A stretch of DNA of 64,000 bases, from the NCBI GenBank assembly GCA_965242865.1, contig CBDETK010000013.1, positions 704,001 to 768,000 of the forward strand, given 5' to 3'. The notes under the pieces are model-generated. The model did not search any database. It had not been told where the DNA came from and was given only the letters and a program-made list of their open reading frames with translations. Source of the DNA: Candidatus Latescibacterota bacterium. Lineage in GTDB: Bacteria; Latescibacterota; UBA2968; UBA8231. This document shows positions 49,985 through 58,690 of the stretch, piece after piece (position 1 is the stretch's first letter; each line of letters opens with the position of its first letter). The position numbers were made by a program, and so were the translations under genes.

Positions 49985-51214
49985 ATGCCGAGCGCTGTAC
50001 TGCTCATGGCGGTGGCTTTAATCGGGCTTGGCTGCGACGCCCCGCAACGCCACATCCCGGCCAAGCCGGCCGCGCTCCAGCCCCTGGCGTTTTACCAGCG
50101 CGCCTACGAGCAAAATCCCGCCGACCCGGAGGTGCTCTTGGCCTTGGGGTGGCTCTACCTGCAAAAGGACCGCACGCGCCGCGCGGTCGCCGTGTGGTCC
50201 GAGTGGGTCGCCCTCGCGCCCGACGATGCAGACGCCCACTACTACCGCGGGGTCGCGCTCGCCAAAGAGCACCGCAAGAGCGAAGCGATCGCCTCCTTTA
50301 CGCGCGCACTCGACCACGCGCCGGCTTTTGCCGAGGCGCACTGGGCCTTGGCCCTGTTATACAATGAAAGAGGCGATGGGTATCAGCAGGCGATTGCCGC
50401 GGCCGAAGCCGGCTTGCAACGGGCCGGGCGGAGCGGCTATGGGCACTTTGTGTTGGGCTTTGTGCTGTGTTCGCGCGGCGACAATGAAAACGCCGAGACC
50501 GCGCTGTTGCAGGCCATTGAACTCGACCCCGGGTTGGCCCACGCCCATTACTACTTGGCGCTCGTGTACTTGCGGGCGCAGGACGACGAGCGCGCCATGG
50601 CCGCGATGGAGCGGACCATTGCGGCCGACCGCGGGTACACCGCGGCCTATTACAGCTTGGGCACGCTCTATGCGCGCACGGGCCGCGTGGCCGAAGGGGA
50701 GCGCATGATCGAGGTTTTCCAGCAGTTGAGCAGCGCGACCATGGACGAAGATCACTACCGCCGCTTGCTCTACCGCCAAGCCGTGCCGCTCGCGGCCGAC
50801 CAGCGGGCGGCCACGCACTTTAACTTGGGACAGGTGTATTGGCGCGGAAACGAGCTCGCGGCCGCCCTAGAGCAGTTTGAAGCGGCCTTGGCCTTGGACT
50901 CCACGTACGCGGAAGCCAGCCACAACATCGGGGTGATCCATTCGCTGCAAGGGGACCACGCGGTGGCGCGGCCCTTTTTGCAGCGCGCGGTGCGCCACAA
51001 GCCCGACTACGCTCTGGCGTTTGAAAACCTCGGCAACAACAGCTTGGCCCTCGGCCAGTACGAAGCCGCGGCCGCCGCGTTTGACCGCGCCTTGGCCCTC
51101 GACGCGAACCGGCCCTCGGCCCTCGACGGCTTGGGGACAGCCCTGATCCAGCAGGGCCGCGTGGCCGAAGGCCGGGCCGCCCGCGCCGAAGCAGCCGCCT
51201 TGAGAGCGCAGTAG
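49985..51214 (+). CDS. TPR-repeat lipoprotein
   Basis: Lipobox (GLGC); repeated AEAHxxLAxxY / AHYYLAL TPR patterns. Confidence 0.9.
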   Translation: MPSAVLLMAVALIGLGCDAPQRHIPAKPAALQPLAFYQRAYEQNPADPEVLLALGWLYLQKDRTRRAVAVWSEWVALAPDDADAHYYRGVALAKEHRKSEAIASFTRALDHAPAFAEAHWALALLYNERGDGYQQAIAAAEAGLQRAGRSGYGHFVLGFVLCSRGDNENAETALLQAIELDPGLAHAHYYLALVYLRAQDDERAMAAMERTIAADRGYTAAYYSLGTLYARTGRVAEGERMIEVFQQLSSATMDEDHYRRLLYRQAVPLAADQRAATHFNLGQVYWRGNELAAALEQFEAALALDSTYAEASHNIGVIHSLQGDHAVARPFLQRAVRHKPDYALAFENLGNNSLALGQYEAAAAAFDRALALDANRPSALDGLGTALIQQGRVAEGRAARAEAAALRAQ

Positions 51215-51286
51215 CAAATGCGGTTGGCGTACTACGCGACACCCACTCCAGCTTTCCATAGACGCAACGGGAACACCAGAAAAGGT

Positions 51287-52990
51287 ATGTGCAAAGTACG
51301 GGTCGCGTACTGGTTGGTACTCGCGGTTATTTCGACATCAGGGTGCTCCAGCGAGGAGGCGCGGCCCCGGTTCGTGGATGTAGCAGCCCAAGCGGGCGTT
51401 GACGTGCGCACTGTATCGGGAACCCCGCAAAAGGAGCACATCGTCGAATGCAACACCGGCGGGACCGCCCTGTTCGACTACGATCTCGACGGCGACGTGG
51501 ATATTTTCATCGTCAATGGCGCGCGTCTCGCTGGATACGCCCCGGGCCGCGAACCCCGCGCCGAGCTGTACCGCAACGACGGGGCGTGGCGTTTTACCGG
51601 CGTTGGCCGCGAGGCGGGCGTGGCGCACGTGGGCTGGGGCATGGGGGTTGCGGCGGCCGACTACAACGGCGACGGCTGGCCGGACCTGTACTTGGCCAAC
51701 TTTGGCCCCAACGCCCTGTACGAAAATCAGGGCGACGGCACGTTTGTCGATGTAGCGGCCGAGCGGGGCGTCCACTTTGGCGGCTGGAGCTCGGCGGCGG
51801 CCTTTGGCGACTACGATCTCGACGGCGACTTGGACTTTTACTTGGCCAATTACATCGACTTTGACCCGGCCTTCCGCCCGGCCGATCCGAGTTTTTGCAC
51901 GTGGCGCGGGCTGGATGTATTCTGCGGCCCCCGCGGGATGCCGGGCGAGCGAGACCGCTTCTATCGCAACGATGGCCCCAGCGCGGGTTGGGCCTTTGCC
52001 GAGGCGAGCGCGGCCATTGCCGACTACGAGTACTATGGCTTTGCCGCGCTGGCCGGCGACTGGGACGAGGACGGCGATTTGGATATTTACGTAGCCAATG
52101 ATTCGACGCCGAATGTGCTTTACCGCAACGACCAAGGCGCGTTTGCCGACATCGCGCTGTTGTCGGCCACCGCGTACAGCGAGGACGGTCGCGAACAGGG
52201 CGGCATGGGCTTGGCGGCTGGCGACTACGATCGCGATGGCGATTTCGACCTCTTCGTCACCAATTTCTCGCACGACAACAATTCGCTCTACCACAACAAT
52301 GGCCGGGGGTTTTTCACGGACGCTAGTTTTAGTTCGACCTTGGGTCGGGCGAGCATCAGCTCCTTGGGGTGGGGCACGGGTTTTTTCGATTGGGACAACG
52401 ATGGCGACGACGATCTGTTCGTCGCCAACGGCCACGTGTACCCGGCCGTTGACCGCCGCGACTTGGGGACCCGCTACGCCCAGCGCAACCACCTGTTTGA
52501 GAATCGCGGCGGCGCGTTCGTCGAGGTGGGCGCAGTCGCTGGCCCGGGCCTAGCGGTGGAAAAGTCGAGCCGCGGCTCGGCCACGGGCGATCTGGACAAC
52601 GATGGCGACTTAGACTTGGTGATAGTCAACATCGACGATACCCCGACCTTGTTGCGCAACGACGGAGGCAATCGCCACAACTACCTGATGGTGCGGCTAA
52701 TTGGTACAGGCGGCAATTTAGACGCCATTGGGGCGCGGGTGGCGGTGGCGGTGGGCGGCGCTGTGTCGATGCGGGAATTGCGCGCCGGCACGGGGTACTT
52801 GTCGCAGGACGACCTGCGGTTGCACTTTGGCTTGGGGCTGGCGACCGAGGCCGACTCGGTCGTGGTGCGCTGGCCCGATGGGGTGGAAGAGTGCCTCGAC
52901 CGAGTGGCCGGCAATCGGCTGGTCACCATCCGGCGCGGCGCGGGTCTCATCGCCGAGGGATTTGGGCCGGTGCCGAGGCCGGGGTTGTGA
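51287..52990 (+). CDS. CRTAC1-family protein (FG-GAP repeats + ASPIC/UnbV), likely lipoprotein
   Basis: Repeated DYDxDGDxD motifs; C-terminal AIGARV..GYLSQDDLRLHFGLG..VRWPDG; lipobox TSGC. Start chosen at ATG 51287 (track: 51218). Confidence 0.9.
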   Translation: MCKVRVAYWLVLAVISTSGCSSEEARPRFVDVAAQAGVDVRTVSGTPQKEHIVECNTGGTALFDYDLDGDVDIFIVNGARLAGYAPGREPRAELYRNDGAWRFTGVGREAGVAHVGWGMGVAAADYNGDGWPDLYLANFGPNALYENQGDGTFVDVAAERGVHFGGWSSAAAFGDYDLDGDLDFYLANYIDFDPAFRPADPSFCTWRGLDVFCGPRGMPGERDRFYRNDGPSAGWAFAEASAAIADYEYYGFAALAGDWDEDGDLDIYVANDSTPNVLYRNDQGAFADIALLSATAYSEDGREQGGMGLAAGDYDRDGDFDLFVTNFSHDNNSLYHNNGRGFFTDASFSSTLGRASISSLGWGTGFFDWDNDGDDDLFVANGHVYPAVDRRDLGTRYAQRNHLFENRGGAFVEVGAVAGPGLAVEKSSRGSATGDLDNDGDLDLVIVNIDDTPTLLRNDGGNRHNYLMVRLIGTGGNLDAIGARVAVAVGGAVSMRELRAGTGYLSQDDLRLHFGLGLATEADSVVVRWPDGVEECLDRVAGNRLVTIRRGAGLIAEGFGPVPRPGL

Positions 52991-54600
52991 AGGCGCGGTA
53001 CGGCATGGTGCTGCTTTTTTGGTGCAGTGCGGCGGCCGAATCGCGCTTTGTCGATGTCGCGCAATCGGCCGGGATCGATTTCGTCCACCGCAGCGGCGCG
53101 AGCGGGGCGCGCTACTTGCCCGAAACGTACGGCTCGGGGGTCGCGTTTTTGGACTTTGACGGCGATGGCGCGCTCGATCTCTACTGGGTCAACGCCGGCC
53201 GCCTGCCCGGGCTCTCGACCGCGCCCGCAGCCGCCAACGCGCTCTTTCGCAACGCGGGCGCGGGCCGGTTCTCAGCGCAGGATGCTGGCGTCGGCGACCG
53301 CGGCTACGGCATGGGCGCGGCCGTTGGCGACTTTGACAACGACGGCTGGGCCGACCTTTACGTCACCAATTTTGGCCCCAACGCGCTCTTCCACAATCGC
53401 GCGGGCCGCTTTGCCAATGTCACGGCCCCGGCCGGCGTGGGCTGCCCGCGTTGGGGGACGAGCGCGGCCTTTGCCGATGTAGATCTCGACGGGGATTTGG
53501 ACCTATTCGTGGGCAACTATCTCGACTATCCGACCGACGATCCGCTCGTGTGCCGCATTGGAAACAGCGCGGAGCGGCTCTATTGCGACCCGCGCAAGTT
53601 CGATGGCGCGGTCGACCGCCTCTACATCAACGAGGGAGTGGGCTTTGCTGACCGCACGGCGGCCTTTGGGCTGGTCAGCACGGCCGGCAAGGAGCTGGGG
53701 GTCGTTTTTGGCGACTACGACCAAGACGGCGATCCCGACCTGTACTTGGCCAACGACCTCGTGCCCAACATGCTCTACCGCAACGACGGTGCGCGCTTTG
53801 TCGACCGCGGGCTGGCCAGCGGTACGAGCCTCAATGGCGAAGGGGGCGTCGAGGCCGGGATGGGGGTGGACATGGCCGATGCCGACGGCGACGGCGACTT
53901 GGATTTGTTCGTGACCAACTTCCAGTGGGAGAGCAACACCTTGTACAGCAACTTGGGCGGCACGTTCTTTGCCGACGCCACCGTATCGGCCGGAATCACC
54001 CGCGCCAGCATGGCCTTTTTGGGGTTTGGCACGGGGTTTTTCGACTGGGGCCACGACGGCGATCTCGACCTGTTCGTGGCCAATGGGCACGTGTACGACA
54101 ACGTGAAACAGGTCGATCGGGCGGCCGAGTACGCCCAGCGCAATCAACTTTTGGAAAACGTCGGCGCGGGTGCATTTGTCGATCGCAGCGATCTCGGCCC
54201 GGGTCTCGCGCTGGTTCAGGTCAGTCGCGGGAGTGCCTTCGGCGACATCGACGGCGACGGCGACCTAGATATTGCGGTGAACAACTCCAACGACCGGCCG
54301 GCCCTGTTGCGCAACGACGCGGTCGGCGGGAATTGGTTGGGGCTTAGGCTACAAGGCGCGGCGAGCAATCGCGACGCCATTGGGGCGCGGATCGAGCTGA
54401 CCACCGGCGGCCGCACTCTGGTGCGCGAGGTGCGCCGCAACGCGAGCTACCTGTCGTCGCACGACCCTCGCGTGATCTTTGGCCTCGGAACCGCCGAGGT
54501 CGCCGAGCGCGTTAAAATTCGCTGGCCGTCCGGCGTCGTCCAAGTCGTCAAGGGGCTGCCGGGGCGACGATACGTGGCTATTGAGGAGGATACTCGGTGA
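52987..54600 (+). CDS. CRTAC1-family protein (FG-GAP repeats + ASPIC/UnbV)
   Basis: DFDGDG/DFDNDG repeats; NRDAIGARI..SYLSSHDPRVIFGLG..IRWPSG. The GTG start overlaps the upstream TGA. Confidence 0.9.
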   Translation: MKARYGMVLLFWCSAAAESRFVDVAQSAGIDFVHRSGASGARYLPETYGSGVAFLDFDGDGALDLYWVNAGRLPGLSTAPAAANALFRNAGAGRFSAQDAGVGDRGYGMGAAVGDFDNDGWADLYVTNFGPNALFHNRAGRFANVTAPAGVGCPRWGTSAAFADVDLDGDLDLFVGNYLDYPTDDPLVCRIGNSAERLYCDPRKFDGAVDRLYINEGVGFADRTAAFGLVSTAGKELGVVFGDYDQDGDPDLYLANDLVPNMLYRNDGARFVDRGLASGTSLNGEGGVEAGMGVDMADADGDGDLDLFVTNFQWESNTLYSNLGGTFFADATVSAGITRASMAFLGFGTGFFDWGHDGDLDLFVANGHVYDNVKQVDRAAEYAQRNQLLENVGAGAFVDRSDLGPGLALVQVSRGSAFGDIDGDGDLDIAVNNSNDRPALLRNDAVGGNWLGLRLQGAASNRDAIGARIELTTGGRTLVREVRRNASYLSSHDPRVIFGLGTAEVAERVKIRWPSGVVQVVKGLPGRRYVAIEEDTR

Positions 54601-56090
54601 CTAAATGGGCTAAGTACGCGACCCTCGCTTTGGGTATGCCTTTTCTGGCGTGGCCGATGCGCCGGGCGCGAGTGAGGGGTCATTCCCGCGAACGCGGGAA
54701 TCCAGTCCTCGGAAGGTGGGTTTCTCTCGCCTTGGGCGTCGCGTTGACCGCTGGCTGCCAGCCCGAGCCCGCGGCCCCGCCCGCGCCGCCGGTAGTGCAG
54801 CCGCGGCCGGTTGAGGACCCGCTGCTGCTCGGGCGCGCCCTGTTGCGGCAGAAGCGCTACGCGGACGCGCTGGCCGCGTACGAGCAAGCGCGGCTGCGCC
54901 ATCCCCAGTCCGGCGAGGTGCTGGCGACGCTGGGCCGAATTCACTTGGCCTTGGGCCAGCCCGACGAAGCGACCCAGTTCTACGAAATGGCCGTGGCCCT
55001 CGAAGCCGACCAACCCGAATGGCTGGTGGCTTTGGGCAATGTGCATCTCAAGCTCAACCGCTACGACCCAGCCCACGCGGCCTTTGCCGCGGCCTTGGCC
55101 TTGGACTCGACCTACGCGCCAGCGCGGCGCAACAAGGCGGCCGTGTACAGCAAGCAAGGGCGCTGGGGCGACGCAGCGCACGAATACGAGCGCGCCTTGG
55201 CCTTGCGGCCCGAACACCTCCACACCCGCTTCAACCTCGGGCTGGTGTACGCCCGCTTGGGCCGCTATGCCGACGCCAGCGAGGCCCTGCAACAGGTCTT
55301 GGTGGCCGCGCCGCAAAACGCCCGCGCCCTCTACGCGATGGGGGAAATTTGGCTGCAAGAAGGCGACGACCCCAAAGCGACCCAGTACTTTGAGCGCACG
55401 CTGGCCGCGGACACCACGTACGCGGAGGCGCACCTGCAACTGGGGCGGATTCGGATGCGCCAAAACGACCTCGGGGCCGCGGCCGATCGCTTCCGCCGGG
55501 CCATCCTCCTCGAGCCGGGGCTGGCCGAGTCCTTCCGCCTGCTGGGCCAAATTCACCTGCGGCAGGGCCGCGCCACGGCCGGCGAAAAATCCCTCGCGGC
55601 CTACGAAAAGGTCAAGCAGGTCGAGGAGGAGATCCAGCACTACCGAGAGCGGCTGCGCAGCGATCCAGACGACGCCGAAGCGCATTACAGCTTGGGGTTT
55701 ACGTACAATCGCTTGGGGTTTACCGGCGTGGCCCTGCCGCACTACGCGCAGGCCGTGCGGATCAATCCCGCGCACGTGCGGGCGCTGAACAACATGGGCA
55801 ACATCTTGTTGCGCACCGGCCATTTTGAGCAAGCGGCCGCAGCCTATCAGCAGATCATCGAGCAAGACCCCGAGCACGTGGCCGCTTTTGCCGCGCTCGG
55901 GCAGGTCTATTTGAATCAGCAGCGCGAGGACGAGGCCATCGCCATGCTCAACCGCGCCCTCGCGCTCGACGAAAGCTATCTCAGCGCTCACCAAGCCTTG
56001 GCCGAAGCCTACAAGCGGCTGGGGCAAGTCGCCAAAAGCCAAGAACACAACCGCATGGCCGAAGCCTTGCTTAGAAAGCCAAGAGAATGA
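54597..56090 (+). CDS. TPR-repeat lipoprotein (start uncertain)
   Basis: Many TPR motifs; lipobox TAGC; GTGA overlap with the upstream gene. The N-terminus contains a palindromic element. Confidence 0.85.
   Translation: MTKWAKYATLALGMPFLAWPMRRARVRGHSRERGNPVLGRWVSLALGVALTAGCQPEPAAPPAPPVVQPRPVEDPLLLGRALLRQKRYADALAAYEQARLRHPQSGEVLATLGRIHLALGQPDEATQFYEMAVALEADQPEWLVALGNVHLKLNRYDPAHAAFAAALALDSTYAPARRNKAAVYSKQGRWGDAAHEYERALALRPEHLHTRFNLGLVYARLGRYADASEALQQVLVAAPQNARALYAMGEIWLQEGDDPKATQYFERTLAADTTYAEAHLQLGRIRMRQNDLGAAADRFRRAILLEPGLAESFRLLGQIHLRQGRATAGEKSLAAYEKVKQVEEEIQHYRERLRSDPDDAEAHYSLGFTYNRLGFTGVALPHYAQAVRINPAHVRALNNMGNILLRTGHFEQAAAAYQQIIEQDPEHVAAFAALGQVYLNQQREDEAIAMLNRALALDESYLSAHQALAEAYKRLGQVAKSQEHNRMAEALLRKPRE
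54679..54707 (+). repeat. ATTCCC-N8-GGGAAT (dRS3-like) palindromic element
   Basis: GTCATTCCCGCGAACGCGGGAATCCAGTC; near-identical inverted copy at 58603-58631. Confidence 0.8.
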
Positions 56091-57820
56091 CCCATATTGC
56101 GAGAAAATGGGCGGGGCTCGCCGCCTTCGTCCTGTTCTGTTGCGCCGAAGAGCCGGTCGCTCCGGGCGCGGGCGGCTTAGTGGTGACCGGGACCGCTTTG
56201 GCCCAAGTCGGCGACCGCCCGATTGACGAGCGCGAATTTCGCCGCTACGAGGCCCGAATTCAATCGCAGCACCGCTCGTTGGCCGAGGGCGTGCAAAAGC
56301 ACCGCGAGCACCTGTTGACCTTGATCGACATCAAGCTCATGGCGCGCGAGGCGCGGGCGCGGGGGCTGGACCAAAGCCCCGACTGGGCGAAGGCCGTGTC
56401 GCTCGCTCGGCACAAGGCCATGGTCGAAGCCTATATCCGCGAGCAGGTCGGCTTGCAAATCGAGATTTCCGAAGACGAGCTGCGGGCCAATTTTGCCGCG
56501 CACCCGGCTCGCCACGCGGTGCGCGGTGCGCACATCCTGCTCGACAGCCGCGCCCGGGCGGATTCCATCTACGCGGAGATACAGGCCGGCCGGGCCACTT
56601 TTGAGGATATGGCGCGGGCGCATTCGCTGGACGAGGTCACTGCGGCCGAGGGGGGTTGGTTTGCTTCGTACTATGCCTTTGACCGGGTTTCAGACCGGGT
56701 GTACGAGCGCGTGTTCTCGCTGGACGTCGGCGAGGTCAGCCCGCCTTTCCGCACGCCCCAAGGCTGGGAACTCGCCAAGGTCGTCGATAAGAAGGAGGTG
56801 TCGTTTGAACGGTACCGCTCGGTCATTCAGCGGGCGACCTTCCTCGAAAAAATCGAAAACTTGCGCAGCGAGCACATCGATAAATTGGTGGCCGAGAGCA
56901 GGTTGCGCCCGGTGCCTGAGCAGGTGCGGCGCTTTGTCGCGGCTTGGAACGAGCAGCCGGGGTCGCCCCAGTTTGCGCCCGAGGAGTGGGACGCTCCCCT
57001 GTACGAGTACGACGGCGGCGTCATCAGCGTGCAGCAGGGCAGCTATTTGCTGCACAACACGCGGCTGGGCAACACGCGCATCGACAGTGCCTTGCTCGAC
57101 GACCGCATCCGCCGCCGGGGCGCGCCAGACCTGCTCTTGGGCTTGGCGGCCGAGCGCGGGGGATACGCCGAGCGACCCGAGGTGCAGGAGAAGGTAGCAG
57201 CCGAAAGGGAGCGGCTGCTGGTGCAAGCGTTGTGGCAAGAGCGGCTCGAAGGGGCGGCCCTGCCGGTGAGCGAAGCGGAAGCCCGCGCCCACTACGACGC
57301 GCACCCCGAGATGTACTATGCACCCGAAGAAATCGTCGTCCAAGAAATCATGGTGGCCGACGAGGTGCTCGCCCAAACGCTGCTGGAGCAAATTCGCAAC
57401 GGGGCTGACATGGCCGCGCTGGCCACCAAGCACAGCATCCGCCGCGACGCGGACGAAAACGGCGGCCTGTACGCGCTGCGTAGCTTTGAAAAGATCGTGT
57501 ACAAGGAGTTGATGGATGCAGCCGTAGCCGCGCCGGCAAGGGAATTGCAGGGGCCGATTGAGTTGGTCGAGCCCCTGCCTTCTTCTTTGCGCGACCCGCG
57601 CCCGCTAGAACGGGCCTTTTCGGTCTTCAGGGTGTTGCAGCACCGGCCCAAGCGGGTGCAAGAATACGACTTGAGCCAACAGAAGGCCCACTACTTGGCG
57701 CGCCAAGAAAAGCAGCAGCGCACCCTGCGAACCCTCAGCCTCGAACTGCGCGACAGGTGGCACCGCGAATGGGGCATCAACCCGGACGCGCTGGCTGAGT
57801 ACGCGCTGGCCGAGCGCTGA
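56087..57820 (+). CDS. PpiC/parvulin-type peptidyl-prolyl isomerase (SurA/PrsA-like foldase, two rotamase-like domains)
   Basis: AHILL..FEDMARAHSLD..TAAEGG..GEVSPPFRTPQGW, plus a second QEIMV..MAALATKHS..NGG domain; N-terminal signal/lipobox-like segment. Confidence 0.85.
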   Translation: MTHIARKWAGLAAFVLFCCAEEPVAPGAGGLVVTGTALAQVGDRPIDEREFRRYEARIQSQHRSLAEGVQKHREHLLTLIDIKLMAREARARGLDQSPDWAKAVSLARHKAMVEAYIREQVGLQIEISEDELRANFAAHPARHAVRGAHILLDSRARADSIYAEIQAGRATFEDMARAHSLDEVTAAEGGWFASYYAFDRVSDRVYERVFSLDVGEVSPPFRTPQGWELAKVVDKKEVSFERYRSVIQRATFLEKIENLRSEHIDKLVAESRLRPVPEQVRRFVAAWNEQPGSPQFAPEEWDAPLYEYDGGVISVQQGSYLLHNTRLGNTRIDSALLDDRIRRRGAPDLLLGLAAERGGYAERPEVQEKVAAERERLLVQALWQERLEGAALPVSEAEARAHYDAHPEMYYAPEEIVVQEIMVADEVLAQTLLEQIRNGADMAALATKHSIRRDADENGGLYALRSFEKIVYKELMDAAVAAPARELQGPIELVEPLPSSLRDPRPLERAFSVFRVLQHRPKRVQEYDLSQQKAHYLARQEKQQRTLRTLSLELRDRWHREWGINPDALAEYALAER

Positions 57821-57867
57821 TGTAGAGAAAACAGGGCCGCTTTATTACATTGCTAACCAACGTGCTA

Positions 57868-57923
57868 GCAGTGTAGGGCGATGCCCCCGTGCGCAGTGTA
57901 GGGCGATGCCCCCGTGCTCGCCC
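57868..57923 (+). repeat. 25-bp tandem duplication containing a GTAG-type REP-like hairpin
   Basis: gcagtgtagggcgatgcccccgtgc occurs twice (57868-57892, 57893-57917). The second copy completes GTA-GGGCGA..TCGCCC. Confidence 0.75.
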
Positions 57924-57950
57924 GAAGACACATTCGTTGGAGGAACAGAA

Positions 57951-58175
57951 ATGGCAAAACAAATAACCGTGTTGGTCGATTCCGAGATGGCCGACGTCTA
58001 TCATTCGGCTTCGGACGAGGAACGCCGCAAACTGGATTTGCTCATCAATTTCCGCTTGCGCGAGGCGACAAAGTCTAGGAAATCGCTGCTCGAAGTTATG
58101 TCGAGGATCAGCCGCAACGCGCAACGGCGAGGCCTGACGCCGGAAATTTTGCAGTCGATCTTGGCGGAGGAATGA
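57951..58175 (+). CDS. Putative antitoxin
   Basis: ggagg RBS before ATG 57951; 74 aa ending AQRRGLTPEILQSIL; ATGA overlap with the PIN gene. Confidence 0.8.
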   Translation: MAKQITVLVDSEMADVYHSASDEERRKLDLLINFRLREATKSRKSLLEVMSRISRNAQRRGLTPEILQSILAEE

Positions 58176-58579
58176 GCCGCGTCGTCTTGGATACCAACAT
58201 CATTGTCAGCGCGGCACTCGCCAACGATTCCGTGCCGGGCCAAGTGTTCATTCATGCGTTGGAGCACGGTACAATTCTGGTTTCTCGGTCATTGATAAAG
58301 GAACTAGACGGTGTGCTCAGGCGGGCCAAGTTCGATAGGTACGTCTCTCTTGAAGATCGCGGCGAATTCCGTGACGCTCTGATACACGCATCGGACCTGA
58401 TAGAAATTACCGAATCAATCCATGTATGCCGCGATCCTAAAGACAACCAAATTCTGGAATTAGCCATCTGTGGGAGTGCTGAATTCATCGTTACGGGCGA
58501 TGACGACCTGCTTGCCCTGAACCCATTTCGCGGTGTGCAGATTCTAAAACCCGCCGAGTTCCTGAAATTGTCGACTTAA
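58172..58579 (+). CDS. PIN-domain (VapC-like, PIN_3 type) toxin
   Basis: RVVLDTNIIVSA, CRDPKDNQILELA and IVTGDDDLL motifs. Confidence 0.9.
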   Translation: MSRVVLDTNIIVSAALANDSVPGQVFIHALEHGTILVSRSLIKELDGVLRRAKFDRYVSLEDRGEFRDALIHASDLIEITESIHVCRDPKDNQILELAICGSAEFIVTGDDDLLALNPFRGVQILKPAEFLKLST

Positions 58580-58602
58580 ATTTTCTTTTTTACATCCTTC
58601 AA

Positions 58603-58631
58603 GACTGGATTCCCGCTGTTGCGGGAATGAC
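58603..58631 (-). repeat. ATTCCC-N8-GGGAAT (dRS3-like) palindromic element
   Basis: Reverse complement is GTCATTCCCGCAACAGCGGGAATCCAGTC, differing from 54679-54707 only in the loop. Confidence 0.8.
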
Positions 58632-58641
58632 GACTCATAGC

Positions 58642-58670
58642 TTGCAAGTCATTTAGGATTGCTGTATAAC
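58642..58670 (+). promoter_or_regulatory. Candidate sigma70-type promoter for 58691
   Basis: TTGCAA (58642-58647), 17-nt spacer, TATAAC (58665-58670), ending 20 nt before the ATG with a ggag RBS. Confidence 0.55.
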
Positions 58671-58690
58671 GTGCTAGCGGGAGAAGGTTT

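Noticed and set aside
54679-58631. Composite element bounded by the two inverted dRS3-like palindromes
   Set aside because: The enclosed TPR and PpiC genes are coupled to the upstream operon in normal orientation, and no transposase or target duplication is seen. Independent insertions are more likely.
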